A stretch of 64,000 nt of DNA from Eledone cirrhosa. Its lineage: Eukaryota. Shown piece by piece: positions 28,263 to 42,575 of this stretch. Numbering within the stretch: the first letter of the stretch is position 1; each line of letters begins with the position of its first letter. Under the pieces are notes generated by a model. It did no database searches. It worked only from the letters and a program-made list of their open reading frames with translations, and was not told the origin of the DNA. Location: assembly GCA_964016885.1 (NCBI GenBank), contig OZ024741.1, positions 137,268,001 to 137,332,000 of the forward strand, written 5' to 3'. Position numbers and translations under genes: made by a program.

Positions 28263-28827
28263 ATACACACACATACATACACACGCACACACATACACAC
28301 AGACGCGCGCACACACACACCCACACACACACGCACACGCACACACACACATGTTCTCTCTCACACACACACACACATATATATATATAAGAACATATAC
28401 ACAAATAAACACAAAAGAAACCGATCATCAGGTCGAACCATGGAAAAATGTTGGATATTCTGTTGCTGATGCTATGTCTTTCGCAGCTCCTGGCAGGAAT
28501 AATTATTTTTCTCAAGAGTTTAACGTGCCGCCTGGTCCACTAATCGAACGTTCGACCTTATAAGCTAACATCCTTACCCTAATGATCGCGACTACAACGC
28601 CACTTGTGATATTTAAACTAAAAATTGTGATATTTAAACTAAAAATTACTAAAACTCTGTGATTGCTTGCTTGCTTGTCTGTAATGTAATACAGCCAAAA
28701 GGGCGCATAATTGGAAAATACTTTGAAAGGAAGTTGACCCTGAAGTGGGAATACTAATGGAATAAAACAAGTTTCGCGTAATTTGGAGCACGGGTTCCCG
28801 AGATATGGGGTTTCTGGGTACCTTCAT

Positions 28828-28878
<51 letters not shown>

Positions 28879-28961
28879 GAAGAGTAGAGAGAAAGAGATA
28901 GTGGTTGTGACAGTAGATTGAAAGAGAGACATAGAGAGAGGGAGAGGAGACAGAGAAGGAG

Positions 28962-29043
<82 letters not shown>

Positions 29044-29175
29044 CTGGTGTTATATATATATATATATATGTGTGAGTGTGTTTGTATATATATATAGTGC
29101 GTGTATATGTGTGTGTGTGTCTATGATCAGTGTATATAGATTACAAACACCCATATATATATACACACACACATA

Positions 29176-30060
29176 CGAGTTCTGTCAGAAAAGTTCCAGG
29201 ACTGATGTCACAAAAGATTTATTTCAAACCCCAACTTCACACTAACAGTTTTTCCCTTCAAAGTAATCCCCCTGGAGTATGTAACTGTAATCTTAGCTCT
29301 CTGCAGCGATCAAACTTTTTTCTTCATAATTTTATATACATGTCCTCTGTTTCAGGTCGTCAAGCAATGAGCATAGAGCAACGAACAAACTTGAAGTTTC
29401 TGGTACGGTTGGGGAAAACTCCGTCAGAAGCACTGGGATTGCTGCAGCAAGTATACGGAGATGAGACGATGTCACGCTCACGTGTTTCTGAGTGGTGCAA
29501 GATGACCCCAGGAGCGGAAGGCCCGCAACAACCAGGACTGAGGTCAACGTTGAGCGCGTCAGGCAGATGCTGCGCAGCGATCGTCGGCTGACTGTTCGAC
29601 TGATGGCAGATAAGCTGAGCATGAATCGGGACAGCGTCTGGAAGATTCTCACTGAAGATTTGGACATGCGGAGAGTCTGCGCGAAGATGGTGCCAAAACT
29701 GCTGAACGATGACCAGAAGGGTCAACGCATGCAAGTGTGCCAGGACATCCTCAAGCGTCTTGAAACCGAACCAGACTTGCTAGGGACAGTCATCACTGGT
29801 GATGAGTCATGGATCTTCGAGTACAACCCGGAGGGGACCCGTTTTGAAGATGTGGACGACATCAAAAAGGTCGTGACAACGGAACTGCGGAAGATCCCGG
29901 AAGAATCCTTTCAGGAGTGCATGCAAGCGTGGCAGAAAATGATGGAAAGGTGCATTAGACTCCAGGGGGATTACTTTGAAGGAGAAAACTCTTAGTGTGA
30001 AGTTTGGGTTTGAAATAAATATTTTGTGACATCAGTCCTGGAACGTTTCTGACACACCTC

Positions 30061-30061
<1 letters not shown>
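29176..30061 (+). mobile_element. Internally deleted mariner transposon
   Basis: ~65-bp imperfect TIRs (cgagttctgtcagaaaagttccaggactgatgtcacaaaa.../...ttttgtgacatcagtcctggaacgtttctgacacacctcg) with TA on both sides. Transposase runs MSIEQRTNLKF (ATG 29367), frameshift, DDPRSGRP...KMVPKLL...ITGDESW, then joins directly to the C-terminus, so the second and third catalytic D regions are missing. Confidence 0.92.
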
Positions 30062-30156
<95 letters not shown>

Positions 30157-30170
30157 GTATATATATATAT

Positions 30171-30366
30171 ATAGGAAAAAGTATGACCCCGACGGCAGAG
30201 CTCAAACCGTTTCGACGGCTATTTCTTGTCAAGAAATAGCCGTCGAAACGGCTTGAGCTCTGCCATCGGGGTCATACTTTTTCCTATTTCCCACTCTACT
30301 ACCCTAAGTATTGAGTACTCTGGTACGTTATGGTCCATCTGGTTCCTTACCACAATTCCTTCGTTA
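30171..30366 (+). mobile_element. Fold-back mini-element, family D copy 2
   Basis: 57-bp arms (30171-30227, 30231-30287), 3-nt loop, then a tail with the ACTC...GAGTAC stem. (TA)n on both sides. Confidence 0.88.
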
Positions 30367-30907
30367 TATATATATATATACACACACATTTATATATACA
30401 TACACACACGCATATATATGGGCCTTTCAGTTTCATTTCACATTATATACATGTCTGTGTATATTTTAACTATCTAAAAATTATTTTTAAGAGAACATGA
30501 TTTAAAAAAAAAATATTTGGAAGTGAACGTGACCCAACGGTCACGGGTGGTCTAATTTAAACTAAAAATATACGTGCATGCGATACAAAGCTGACAATGT
30601 AATAGGGGTAAATACCCCTGTCAAAGTACATGACTGTTAGTCTCGTAGTGCATTGGTCCACGGATTGAGATATGAATATTGGCAAGTGTGTTGTAGTATT
30701 AATGCTCATTGATTCTCTCTAAGACTTGAATACTAGGCAAATTCTTCCATATAATTTTACAGGGCTAATGGATAACATACTGGTCCATACACTGACAAGA
30801 GCTTTCACCAGTTACTGGAAATAATCATCCAAGTTTTGAAAATGTTATCCGTAACAGGAGCTTTCTTACATTACACGTCTTACAGATAAGAAGACAAGTA
30901 AATTATC

Positions 30908-31017
<110 letters not shown>

Positions 31018-31036
31018 GTAATAATGATAATAATAA

Positions 31037-31180
31037 TCTAATGTATCATATGCAAATCTTGGTAGTTAAGACCACCGATCAAGACTAATTTTAAGCTTTT
31101 TGTCGAACATTAATCTTAAAGCTGAGGTAAAATCTCTCTCGACTCACAGTACTTCCTTAACCTTAATCTCTTATCAGCTA
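31037..31180. repeat. Dispersed ~145-bp repeat abutting (AAT)n
   Basis: tagttaagaccaccgatcaagactaat...cttccttaaccttaatctct recurs at ~35440-35590; both copies lie directly right of a long (AAT)n. Confidence 0.8.
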
Positions 31181-31507
31181 CAGTTCCGTCCACTAACCAT
31201 AACAGCTTTAAGCATGACTATTTTCATATACATCATTCAAGTAAGCGTGAAATGTATTTAATGCTGACAAGTAGTGCAAGCGCTTTACAAATGGCGATCT
31301 TTCATAAAGAATCAAAACAATAAACAAATAGAGTTAATAAAAAATGTGAATTTTATATTTTTGTTACCCCGACCAAATTGTTTTAGTTACATACACGCAC
31401 GCACACACACGCGCGCACAAACACACGCACATATATATTTACATATATACGCATTACATATATACATATATATTGGAAAATGTGTGAGATCCTTGGTACA
31501 GTTAGGT

Positions 31508-31671
31508 TTATTTGAAAAAAAGGAAAAGAATGACTACACTTGTAGTGTTAAAACATTTGATTGAATTTTATATTATAATATCTACCAACTCATAATATTA
31601 TAATATTATAAAATTAAATCAAATTTTTTAACACTACAAGTGAAGTCATTATTTTCCTTTTTTTCAAATAT
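31508..31671. repeat. Imperfect inverted repeat (~70-bp arms) ending at a TA run
   Basis: tttgaaaaaaaggaaaagaatgactacacttgtagtgttaaaa... pairs with ...ttttaacactacaagtgaagtcattattttcctttttttcaaa. A related end sits next to (TA)n at ~1418-1450. Confidence 0.8.
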
Positions 31672-31680
31672 ATATATATA

Positions 31681-32472
31681 CTAGCAGCTGAGCCCGGTTG
31701 CACCCGGGGCCACTTTTTATTAAGTTAATAATTTGAAAAATATTATTGAAAGTTTATTATAAAGAAGCAGTTTCATGAAAAAAAATAGAAATGTGCACTT
31801 GGAGCTGGACGGCGTACAATGAGAAGTGGAGCGACGTGAAAAGCGTTGTTTATTAACAGCGAAATAGCAATGTCGATGATATGCAATTTGAAAAATACTA
31901 CTTACTGTTAGTGGTGGTTAACATGTATTAGAATTAAAATAAAAACACGCATCCCTTCTTCGCAATTTAAGGGTTTTATTTCTTTTGATGGAAAACAGTG
32001 ACCGTACTGCAGAATCCATTTCATAAAACGGTACTGTATGATCGTTAAATGTAGAAGGATGATAGTTTATTAACAGCGAAATAGCAATGTCGATGATATG
32101 CAAGTTTAAAAATGCATATTATGAAGGTTTGTATGATAGTTTACACTTTTTCCTGAAACTGCTTCTTCATAATAAACTTTCAATAATATTTTTCAAATTA
32201 TTGGTACTGTATGTTAACAGCGAAAGAACGTTGATGAGTTTAAAAATTTGTATGAAATTGTAAATAAGACAAAAGTATTAGAACAGGGGGAAATAACTCA
32301 CCGAATGCGATAGTTTTGGGGCCCCAGGGACCAGATTTGAAACCTCCTCTATTTGCTTCCTTGGCGCTTTTTACATAGGTGTGTAAATTTTCATGTCAGT
32401 CCGACCACGTCTACTACCATTTAACCGTGCACATCTGAATTTTAACCACCGCCCATTTCACAAATATATATT

Positions 32473-32475
<3 letters not shown>
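31681..32475 (-). mobile_element. Non-autonomous Helitron
   Basis: Minus strand has 5' A|TC, a 3' hairpin cccgg-gtgcaa-ccggg about 8 nt before CTAG|T, and no TSD. Internal inverted (~31725-31780/32147-32200) and direct (~31848/32065) repeats. Confidence 0.8.
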
Positions 32476-32511
<36 letters not shown>

Positions 32512-32635
32512 GTAGGAGGTGAGTTTTATTGTAGCACAATAAAGCAATGCAAATATCGGATAAGTAGCACTCAACAGTTTATAGGACTGGAGTATAAATA
32601 ATATAAAATCAAAAGATGGTTAAAAGAATTTCATG

Positions 32636-32705
32636 TATTTTATTATGCGCATTTCAAACACAAATATCATCATGGGATGATATTTGCGTTCTCATCAGAT
32701 AAAAT
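32636..32705 (-). ncRNA. Minimal hammerhead ribozyme
   Basis: attttat-CTGATGA-gaacgcaaatatcatc(ccat)gatgatatttgtgttt-GAAA-tgcgca-TA-ataaaat. Confidence 0.88.
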
Positions 32706-32763
32706 GTTGATTTAACACTTCACTGCTCGCAAGTGTTTTTTTAAGCTTCATATCATGTCTCCC

Positions 32764-32834
32764 TATTTTATCTGATGAGAACGCAAATATCATCCCATGA
32801 TGATATTTGTTTTTGAAATGCGCATAATAAGATA
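32764..32834 (+). ncRNA. Minimal hammerhead ribozyme
   Basis: tattttat-CTGATGA-gaacgcaaatatcatc(ccat)gatgatatttgttttt-GAAA-tgcgca-TA-ataagata. Confidence 0.85.
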
Positions 32835-32860
32835 CATGGAACTCTTTTAACCATCTTTTG

Positions 32861-32934
<74 letters not shown>

Positions 32935-33115
32935 TTATATATATATATTTCATATAGAAATGACTGTTTCATTCCTATGAGGATTTCATACGAATGAAAG
33001 TGTTCTAGCCCTGTTCAAAACATTTCTATATAAAATACAGATGTCTATACTCTGCTAACGTATTGAGTAACTTTTTTAACTGTGGTCACCTCCTGATATT
33101 TATGGGGGAATTCAC

Positions 33116-33165
<50 letters not shown>

Positions 33166-33879
33166 AACTGACTAGACGGCGTTGCCCATTTGGGAAGAAA
33201 GAGAACACTTTCATAATCCTGTTTTTCATTCTCTCTCATCTATTTAAACCAAATCTTAAACCCTGTTCTCTAACCATAAAGGTATTTGTAACCTCTGAAA
33301 CCATAAAGCTTAATTCTCACCATTAAACACTAATCCTGAACTCAAGCTCTCACTTCAAACCCTAATCTCTACATATTACTGTGGAATTTGGGGTCAATTA
33401 ATCAATACACGATTGGAAGAAATTATAGAAATAACATCAGGCATGTCACATTTATTAAAGATGCAGTCGTGGTTGTATGGTTAAAAAGGTCGTGCTTTAT
33501 CCAATTGGTTTTAGATTCATTTAGGCGTCTTCTAGGTTAAGCCAATACTTGTCAATTAAATTTAAGAAAGAGATTATGTCTGTATGTATGTGAGAGTGTT
33601 TGTGCATGCGTTTGTATAGATGTTTATATGCGTGTGACCATATCTATTTTTATGTTATAAGCTCTTAACGTAGTGGTTTAGTAAATAGAGATCGGTAAAA
33701 TAAGCACAACGACATAAGTATTGATCGACGAAAATCCTGTAGATCGTGCCCCTGTATGACCACTCACGGTTACTTGACTGAAATCCTTAAAAGAACTGGA
33801 TCACTTTATATTATTTTAGTCCTTTTGTTTATGTTTATGCATGGAACGAATCTCCACAATAAATTCTTTTATAATATAA

Positions 33880-34060
33880 TTGTTTCTACTTTTGACATAA
33901 GGCTAGCAATTACCCCAGTACATTACTGGTGTCTATTTTATCGACCCCGTAAGGATGAAAGGCAAAGTTAACCTCGGCGGGATTTGAACTCAGAATGTAA
34001 AGGGCTGTAACTCTATGCTGAAAAGCATGGCATCCAACCCTCTACCGATACTGCCAATAA
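33880..34060 (-). mobile_element. tRNA-derived SINE (family 1)
   Basis: Reverse complement of the 1075-1290/41275-41465 family. Confidence 0.75.
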
Positions 34061-34160
34061 TATAATCATATATTTTACTGTATGTGTGTTTGTGCGCGAG
34101 TGAGAATGTTTCTATTATTATTATCGCAGCCTTTCTCCAAATGACGGTTCTCATTATTGC

Positions 34161-34231
<71 letters not shown>

Positions 34232-34247
34232 ATAAATAGGCAGATAC

Positions 34248-34290
<43 letters not shown>

Positions 34291-34396
34291 AAAGAAAGTT
34301 TGTTTTTGATTATATGATGACTATTTGGATTTGTAATCAGTTCCGGCTCATTTCGGTTTTCATTGTGCATGCATTATGGGAAGTTAAGGTAGTTTT

Positions 34397-34491
<95 letters not shown>

Positions 34492-35354
34492 TATATATAC
34501 CGATGTTTATATATATACTTTCAAATGCATCAGCAATTTTATATAGCACAACGTTTATTTCGATTACGGAATATATGAAGTCTTCCGTTACTAAGCAAAA
34601 TATAAATATATATTTATATATGTGGTCTGTGTGTCAGTAGGTTGTGTTGATGTCATGGTTTCTGGTCTTGTGGAGTTGGAACCAAACCGTCACTTTTGCT
34701 GCTGTAGTAGTCATTTTGAAGTTATTCTCTTGCGCCCGCCAAAAACGTATTGTTATATTTAAAAAAGAAAAAAAAAAGAAAAAAAAGAAAAAAAACCCCC
34801 AGAAAACAAAAACAAAACAAAACAACAAAACAAACAAAAAAAAAAGAAGCAACAAACCAAAAACCAAACAAAAAATAAGAAAAACAAAACAAACGAAAAT
34901 TTAGAGAAATTTAGTGAACTATGTTTCATGTTTCTGAAATGGACCTAAATCGAGAATTCGTTATATTACAGTCTATGACATCAGCACGATCAGCTGACTT
35001 ACAAACCATGACAGTAGGAGTACATTCTAACTCGACTAATTTCTTGGCCAAAATGATATCCTTCTCCTCATTAAACTTCATAAAGCCATCGAAGTCAGAC
35101 GTACACAAAGCGTTTGGTCCCAGAATGAAAGGGTTGATAATATGAAAGAATTCTAAGATATCTTGAAAAATGTCGTTCCGCCGAAATATATCGATTTAAA
35201 TCGGTAATTTTATTTCAGATTACTGTGAGAAAATTCTTAAATTTCATTTCGAATTTCTGTGAGCAAGATATCTTATATATAACTGTAATAAATAAAAGAA
35301 AAGAGAAATTCGCAGCAAATTGTCTTCTAGTTCCAGTTTCATCATCATCAGAGG

Positions 35355-35439
<85 letters not shown>

Positions 35440-35605
35440 GCTAATATATGATGATATGTGAATCTTCATAGTTAAGACCACCGATCAAGACTAATCTTAA
35501 GCTTTTTGTCAAACACTAATCTTAAAGCTGACGTAAAATCTCCCCCCTCTACTCACTGTACTTCCTTAACCTTAATCTCTCATCAGTTCCGTATTCATAG
35601 TAATG

Positions 35606-35689
<84 letters not shown>

Positions 35690-35702
35690 GTCTCTCTCTC
35701 TG

Positions 35703-35734
<32 letters not shown>

Positions 35735-35742
35735 AATAGACA

Positions 35743-35812
<70 letters not shown>

Positions 35813-35907
35813 CAATATATATATATATATGTCCCAAGAATATATATATATATATGTCACAAGGCTCTGATACCATCAACACAGGTGGCATATCTAAGAA
35901 CTGACTA

Positions 35908-35967
35908 ACTGCCTGATGAGGTCATAGCTATTCAATGGCTATCATCGAACGAAATATATATAGCAGT
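35908..35967 (+). ncRNA. Hammerhead ribozyme, same family as 3200-3254
   Basis: actgc-CTGATGA-ggtcatagcta(ttcaa)tggctatcatc-[gaac]-GAAA-tatata-TA-gcagt. A 4-nt duplication precedes GAAA. Lies inside a ~160-bp insert between (TA)n runs. Confidence 0.7.
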
Positions 35968-36008
35968 AAATAGAGGATGATGAGTCCATGCAATTGACTT
36001 ATGTTTCG

Positions 36009-36051
<43 letters not shown>

Positions 36052-36055
36052 CACA

Positions 36056-36127
<72 letters not shown>

Positions 36128-36332
36128 ATCTATCTATATAGTCACATTGCAACCCATCTGTTTATGTATCTATTATATCTGTCTAACAAGATACCTAGCT
36201 CTCCAATCATCACTCAATCACTCTCACTTTCTATATCACCATATATAAACATGTCCCCCTCTCTCTCTTTCTCTCAATGTCCATAGCCATGCAACATCCC
36301 CCCTGTCTACTTGTCTATGTATGTATGTATGT

Positions 36333-39300
36333 TATCTCTTTCTCTTAATTTCGAGTATATTTTTTTGACCGGCCACCTTCCTGGTGGCAAGGTTGTAAAA
36401 GAAAAGAAATTGTCATCCTTTGAATCGCAAGAATGTTTTGCAAATTTTGAAGGGGCCAGCTATCGCAGTCATTTGTAGACTATGAATTAGGGAGCTGCGC
36501 ATTTTGTCCGCAAATCCAAGTTCAGTTATACTTTGGTCCAAGCGGGTTGGTATATAACCCGTAGCACCAATAATGATGGGTATGAAGCTAAAGGTGTATA
36601 TTGGATACTGGATTTGTAAACTCCTCATCAATGGTCCGTAGATGTCCTCCTTCTCCTGTATTTTTCTGACAACGTTTACATCAAGTGGGCAGCTGATCTC
36701 CACATCAGAACACGTTTTCAATGTGTGGTCCCAAACAACAATATCAGGCCGGTTGTGCTTTAATTTGGCGGCAGTTTTTATTTTCAGGTTCTACCAGTAT
36801 TCCTTAGTGCCATCTATCTCAATATATTCTTCCTCGTTTGTTGTTAATTTTGTTTTCCGAAGTGCGTTCCAGATGGTTCTAGCTATCCCATCGTGTCTCA
36901 TGGGGAGGTAGTAGCGAGATGACATTCTTTCGCAGCTGGCAACAATGTGGCTTACATCCTCGATCTTTGTTTTACCTAGCCTACATTTATTGTCAGCTGC
37001 TGGCCCTCCTCTTTTGTGCAGCAGATATTTGGTAGGGAGTTCTTGTTCCTGTATTGCATAGAGATATCCCTCAAGGTGTGATGTCATAAACTTGTCGGAA
37101 CTCCATGCCAGGCTTTTTGAGTGGTTTATCCCCTCTATGGTCTGTGTTTTACGCCTCAAGTATCCATGCACAACTTTTTCTGTAAATTGGTCAATTTTTT
37201 AAATCTTGTTTGAACATTGAATAGGATCTTCCGATTTCTCTGGGTGAGAGATTTATATCAGGCTTTATTCCATATCTCTCCTCCAGATCAGTCGCTATTC
37301 TAATGATATTTTTTTTTTCATGCTCATAAACCTGGGCAAGATGGTTGCCAACCTTTTTCCTCTGTTGAAGGTGTTGCTTCAGTGTTACTATCCGGGTCTC
37401 ATATGTTGTTAATATTGATTTTATACCCCGGCCACCTTCCTTGCGTGAGAAGTATAGCCTATCCACATCACCATTGATGTTAAATTTCCCAGTAACACTG
37501 AGAAGTTTTTGAGTTCTAACATCCATCTCACTTAGTTCTTGCAATGACCAGTTCAGCAGGCCAAATGTTGGAGTTAGAATTGGCACAGCATAAGTATTGT
37601 GGGCAATGTATTTGTTGTATGCTGACAGTTCTGATGACCATATTTTCTTTACTCTCCTGAGGTGTTCAGTTCTGGTTCTCTCCTTATTTATGGGTCCATT
37701 ATATCTGACATTCTCATCCTGTCCAAGATATCTGTAGTTGTCACCTGACTGCAGAGGTTGTATTGTCAGGCCGTTCATCTCTAGATTTCTAGAGGAGGGC
37801 ACAGCTCTTCCACGTTTTACTGCTAAATATGCACACTTGGACTCACCAAATTTCATTTTGATGTCTGTTGAAAATTGTGTAATGAGGTCCAATTGTTTCT
37901 TGATGTCATTGATATTTGGCCCATACAACTTCAGGTCATCAACAAAGAAAAGATGGGAGATACTTCTGGGCCCACTTCTTTGTCCACCTTGTTTCTTGAG
38001 TAGGTAAGATAGTGGATTCAGTGAGAGAACGAAGAGTAGCACTGACAAGCTATCACCCTGAAAGATGCCCTTCTGGTAATGTATCTTATCAGTCTTAACC
38101 TGCTCCTTCTCACCTCTAAGGATCAAATTGGTGTACCAGTTCTTGGTCAGGCGTTCAACAGCAGCTACCAGTGGTTGTGGGACTTTAGTTAACTGTAAAG
38201 CCTTAATAATCCACCCATGAGGTACACTATCAAATGCTTTTTGATAGTCCAGCCACACCACAGTCATGTTTCTGCGATTCTTTGTTGTTTTTTCCTGAAT
38301 CATTTTGTTACTTAGTAGGTGATCTATGCAACCCCACACCTCCCTCTTTCCACCAGCTTGCTCAGGTGTTATGATGTTGTTAGTAGCACAGTGATCCTGT
38401 AAGAACAGGTTAAGGCACCCAGTATATCATTTATACATGATGTTTTGGCAGGCAATTGGGCGGTAATTTTTAGCAAGGGTGGTTTGGCTATTTTGGGGAA
38501 TGAGGAGAGTAGTGGCAGTTGATAACCATCTGGGCAGTTCTTGTGTGCCTTTAATGGTTTCTGTAAACAGCCGTATGAGATCTTGCCGATAGAAAGTGAA
38601 ATTCTTCAACCAGTATCCTGTAATGAGGTCTGGGCCTGGCGATTTCCTATTCGACATTTTCTGTAGAGCTGTTTCCAGTATTGACCCATCTATGTCATAT
38701 TGTTTTGTCTGGACATGTTGGCAGTAGTCCTGTTCCAGTTCTTTTAGCCAATTAGCTTGTCTGTTGAATCCGTCATCCGTTTCCCATACAGATCTCCAGT
38801 AGCTCTCAACCTGTTCTTTTGAAGGGGTGTCGTTTACAGGGATTGAGCTTTTGCCACCGAAGCTGCGATAAACTGATTTAGGATCTCTGGCAAACAATCT
38901 ATTTAGCACTTGTCGTTCATGTGCTGTTGACTTATATTTTAGTCTTTCTGTTGTAGCTGTGAGTTGTTGTTTCAACTGGTGTAATTTGGAGTTCAAAGTT
39001 TTAAATTTTGTATCTCCAAATCGTCTCTCTAACTTTTTTTTAGGTCTTCCTGGTGTCGTGTGAAGTTGCTCTCTATGTTGCATTTCATAACGACTGCGAT
39101 GTGTGAGATACTTCGTCTCAGGGACAAAATTTTGCTTTTTAAATTTCGCATCCACGCTGGTTCAGGCTTTCTGTTTGTATCTTGATTGCGTAGTTTTAGA
39201 TGTGTGTTATATGATAGCAATGTGACAGCTGAAACATACAACAAAACATTGAGCGTTTCAAATGTCGTTTCTACACCTTTAGATCGTATAGCCTTCAGAT

Positions 39301-39735
39301 AATTGACAGCTATTTCTTTCACCGCTTCCAATTCCAATTTAGTGGGTTCTTTACTGATTCTGGCGTTGTATGGTCTGTCACTCATATTAAGGCTGTGTAT
39401 CTCTTGAAACATATCGTTCCATATCACTTGTAGGGTGTCCACAAGTTTTTGGTGCTCTGTTTGTTCAGTAGAGTCATGAATTTCAGCCTCGTTGTTGATG
39501 TGGTGACAATTACTACTAGAGTTAGCTGACCTTTCTCGCTGTTCTTCAGTGGAAGTGGGATGGATTTCAGCAAAATTGTTGGTGAGCTGTTCACTGTTAT
39601 ATTTAGCTGGCAATTCTCTTTGTCTGTCATTGGAGGTGGGGTGGTTGTCTACAAGGGCTGTATTTGTAGTATCACTCAATTCCGTTAGATGTATCAATTT
39701 ACATCTAATGATACGTTTTGCCTGTTCATTTAAAT
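36333..39735 (-). mobile_element. R4/Dong-clade non-LTR retrotransposon (RT, zinc finger, restriction-like endonuclease), disrupted
   Basis: Consecutive ORFs 39029-39697, 38427-39155 (KSPGPD, NYRPIAC), 37191-38339 (WLDYQKAFDSVPH, GIFQGDSLS, HLFFVDDLKLY, YRYLG), 36791-37171 (CRL...HIVASC, RHD) and 36413-36721 (PIIIGATG). Several stops and frameshifts. Confidence 0.92.
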
Positions 39736-40314
39736 GCTTTTGTATGTATGTATATTTGTATGTTTTCTATGTATGTATGTATGTATGTATGTATGTATGT
39801 ATGTATGTATGTATGTATGTATGTATGTATGTATGTATGTATGCACTCATGTATGTTCGTATGTACGTATATAGGTATGCATATATGTATAAACATATGT
39901 GCGTATCTATGTTTTATATAGATGTACGTACGTTTGTAAGTACACACGGAAGTACATATGTATTCAACTATGTATGTAGCTCTATATCGTATTTTCTTAA
40001 TGAAATATCAGAAAAGCGAGTTTCAAAAGTATAAAAGAAAAAAATGTCTCCTTTTAACTTTACACTAACATATGTCTAACATACTTATAATGGAATCTGA
40101 ATTGGGGTTCGTAGGTGATGTCAGGACAAACACTATACAGTTGACCTTTTCTTGGCTTTGTAAAAAGTTACATAACTCTATAATCTCAGATACTATAAAA
40201 CAGTTTCCCCTCCCCCATATTTATATATATATATATACAAATTTCTGTATGTGTATATATGTATATATATATATATATATACATATATATACACACACAC
40301 ACACACACACATAC

Positions 40315-40356
<42 letters not shown>

Positions 40357-40372
40357 CTAAACTTCAAAGTTT

Positions 40373-40403
<31 letters not shown>

Positions 40404-41274
40404 TGAAGTTTAGTTCACACGTTTTTATGCTGTTATTGTGTATCTACCAATTACATGTGTGCTTAAGCAGTCTGGAAAAAGTGCACACAATTTTGTGTTT
40501 GGTGTTTAAGACTGGTAACAAGTATTAAGGAATGGTATGATGAACAATCTTTTCACAGTATTTCAGCGGTCTGACATCTTTAATAATATAACCCATCTTC
40601 TAAACAGCGTAACATCAACAGCACACGACTAAATCCGTTTACGATGGTACAAATGTTAGATCACACTGTCACTCAGGAACTCTTCACTCTGGTTAAACGC
40701 ATATCCAGAACATTGCCAAAAATACATCACAAACATTGGTTATAATCCTTTTTCTCTCTCACGAGCCCTGGCCTTATCCTGGTTTCCATAACGTAAAGCG
40801 ATTGTGAGTAGAAGACTCTCCCCTGGACAGAACACCAGTCCATCGCAGGGTTAAGCCACCAGCTATTGCTGGTACTAATTTCAGCTGAGTATACTGGAGC
40901 AACGTGAAATGTTTTGATCAAGAATACAAAACACAACCCAGTCCAGAAATCAAACCCACGACGTGAAGATCGTAAGTACAACACCCTTACCACTAGGTAA
41001 CCCCAACTAATGACCCCATCAAATCTATAATCTTTATATAAAACCCAGGCGAAACCACAATTAAATACTGCTCTCGCATGCTGGACAGTGTTGGTGCTAC
41101 TCATACAGACTGACACACTGGAGAGGATCAAATGTAAGGACCCCCTACTCGACTGACTACCATGAAACCGTTTACCATCATCCTTCAGTCACTTCTCGCT
41201 ATTTCTTCTCGCGATACCTCAGTGATCTTTGCTCCATAAAGCTGACTGGTCGCACACCACCTCCACTTGTTTTT

Positions 41275-41465
41275 CATCGGATTGGCAGTATCGGTAGAGG
41301 GTCAGACGCTATTCTTTGAGGCATAGAGTTACGGCCCTTGCCATTCTGAGTTCGAATCCCGCCGAGGTTAACTTTGCCTTTCATCCTTACGGGGTCGATA
41401 AAATAAAGTAGCAGTAATGCACTGGGTAATTGCTGGCCTTGTGCCAAAAAGTAGAAACAATTATT
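41275..41465 (+). mobile_element. tRNA-derived SINE (family 1)
   Basis: ttggcagtatcggtagag...gagttcgaatccc (clear B box)...gtagaaacaattatt. Confidence 0.82.
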
Positions 41466-41809
41466 GTAACTATCATCAAGGTCGACACTAAGCATTACAA
41501 CCAATCCTTACAGAATATTGACCACCTGGAATCCCTTGTATTCACATGGTTTTCTTGCTGCCATCAACTTGTAACTTTTCAAACGAAACATTAATCGTAC
41601 TGAACTTACCTGTATCGGTACAGGCCTTCATTTAAAGTCTTATACACATGCACACAGATAAATGGTGAAACTGTAAATATGTAGAAGAAAATCTAGAGTA
41701 ATTGGCCACTGACTCACACATATTACTCTTAAGCTCTCCTATAATATTGAGTATGCATTTCCGTGAACATAATTTTTAACATGCATACAAAGATAAAGAT
41801 ATGTGTATG

Positions 41810-41880
<71 letters not shown>

Positions 41881-42225
41881 AATTTTAGTACAGCATCAAC
41901 GAAGCTTTTGGCAGCAGCCAAGCTAACGAATGCAGATTCGGTCTGCTACTAAGCACTCAATGGAGAATATTATCCCAGAGTTATAACATTACGTTTAGAC
42001 AGCTTTGCAAATCAAATACAGCGACCGATAGTCGGGCCGCATTGCCATAGCGACGGGTGCACCGAAAACGATAAACGGAAAAAAAAAAAAATTTCGTTTT
42101 ATTTTTTCCGTTTATCGTTTTCGGTGCACCCGGCCGATTAACCCACTCGATATGCAAATTGGGCTACTCAGCCGTTAATATGCATAAGGTAAGTATATAC
42201 GTTCAACAATCTGACAGGAAGGTAT

Positions 42226-42268
42226 ACGTTGCTGACGATAGCTAATAAGCTTGAAACTAGAACAGCGT
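42226..42268 (+). ncRNA. Hammerhead ribozyme with mutated cleavage triplet (probably inactive)
   Basis: acgttg-CTGACGA-tagc(taataa)gctt-GAAA-ctag-AA-cagcgt; the conserved U before the cleavage site is A. Confidence 0.7.
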
Positions 42269-42469
42269 TCCTTTGTCAGTGTTGAACAAACGAGCAACGA
42301 TGGTTGCTGGACATTACGGCTTAATACGGGATGTTTGTTTACAAACACACCGAGTATTATAATAAATGTTCGGTGAATCCATACGTACATATATATATGT
42401 GTGCATGTATGTATATATATATACACACTACTGTACGTCTGTATACATATATGTATGTACGTGTACATA

Positions 42470-42575
<106 letters not shown>

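Larger units (their letters stand above)
32511..32870 (-). mobile_element. Fold-back hammerhead mini-element, family B copy 1
   Basis: Arms ~32600-32705 and 32765-32870 each contain a full hammerhead. Tail 32511-32597 has ACTC cagt..actg tt GAGTGC. (TA)n on both sides. Confidence 0.88.
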
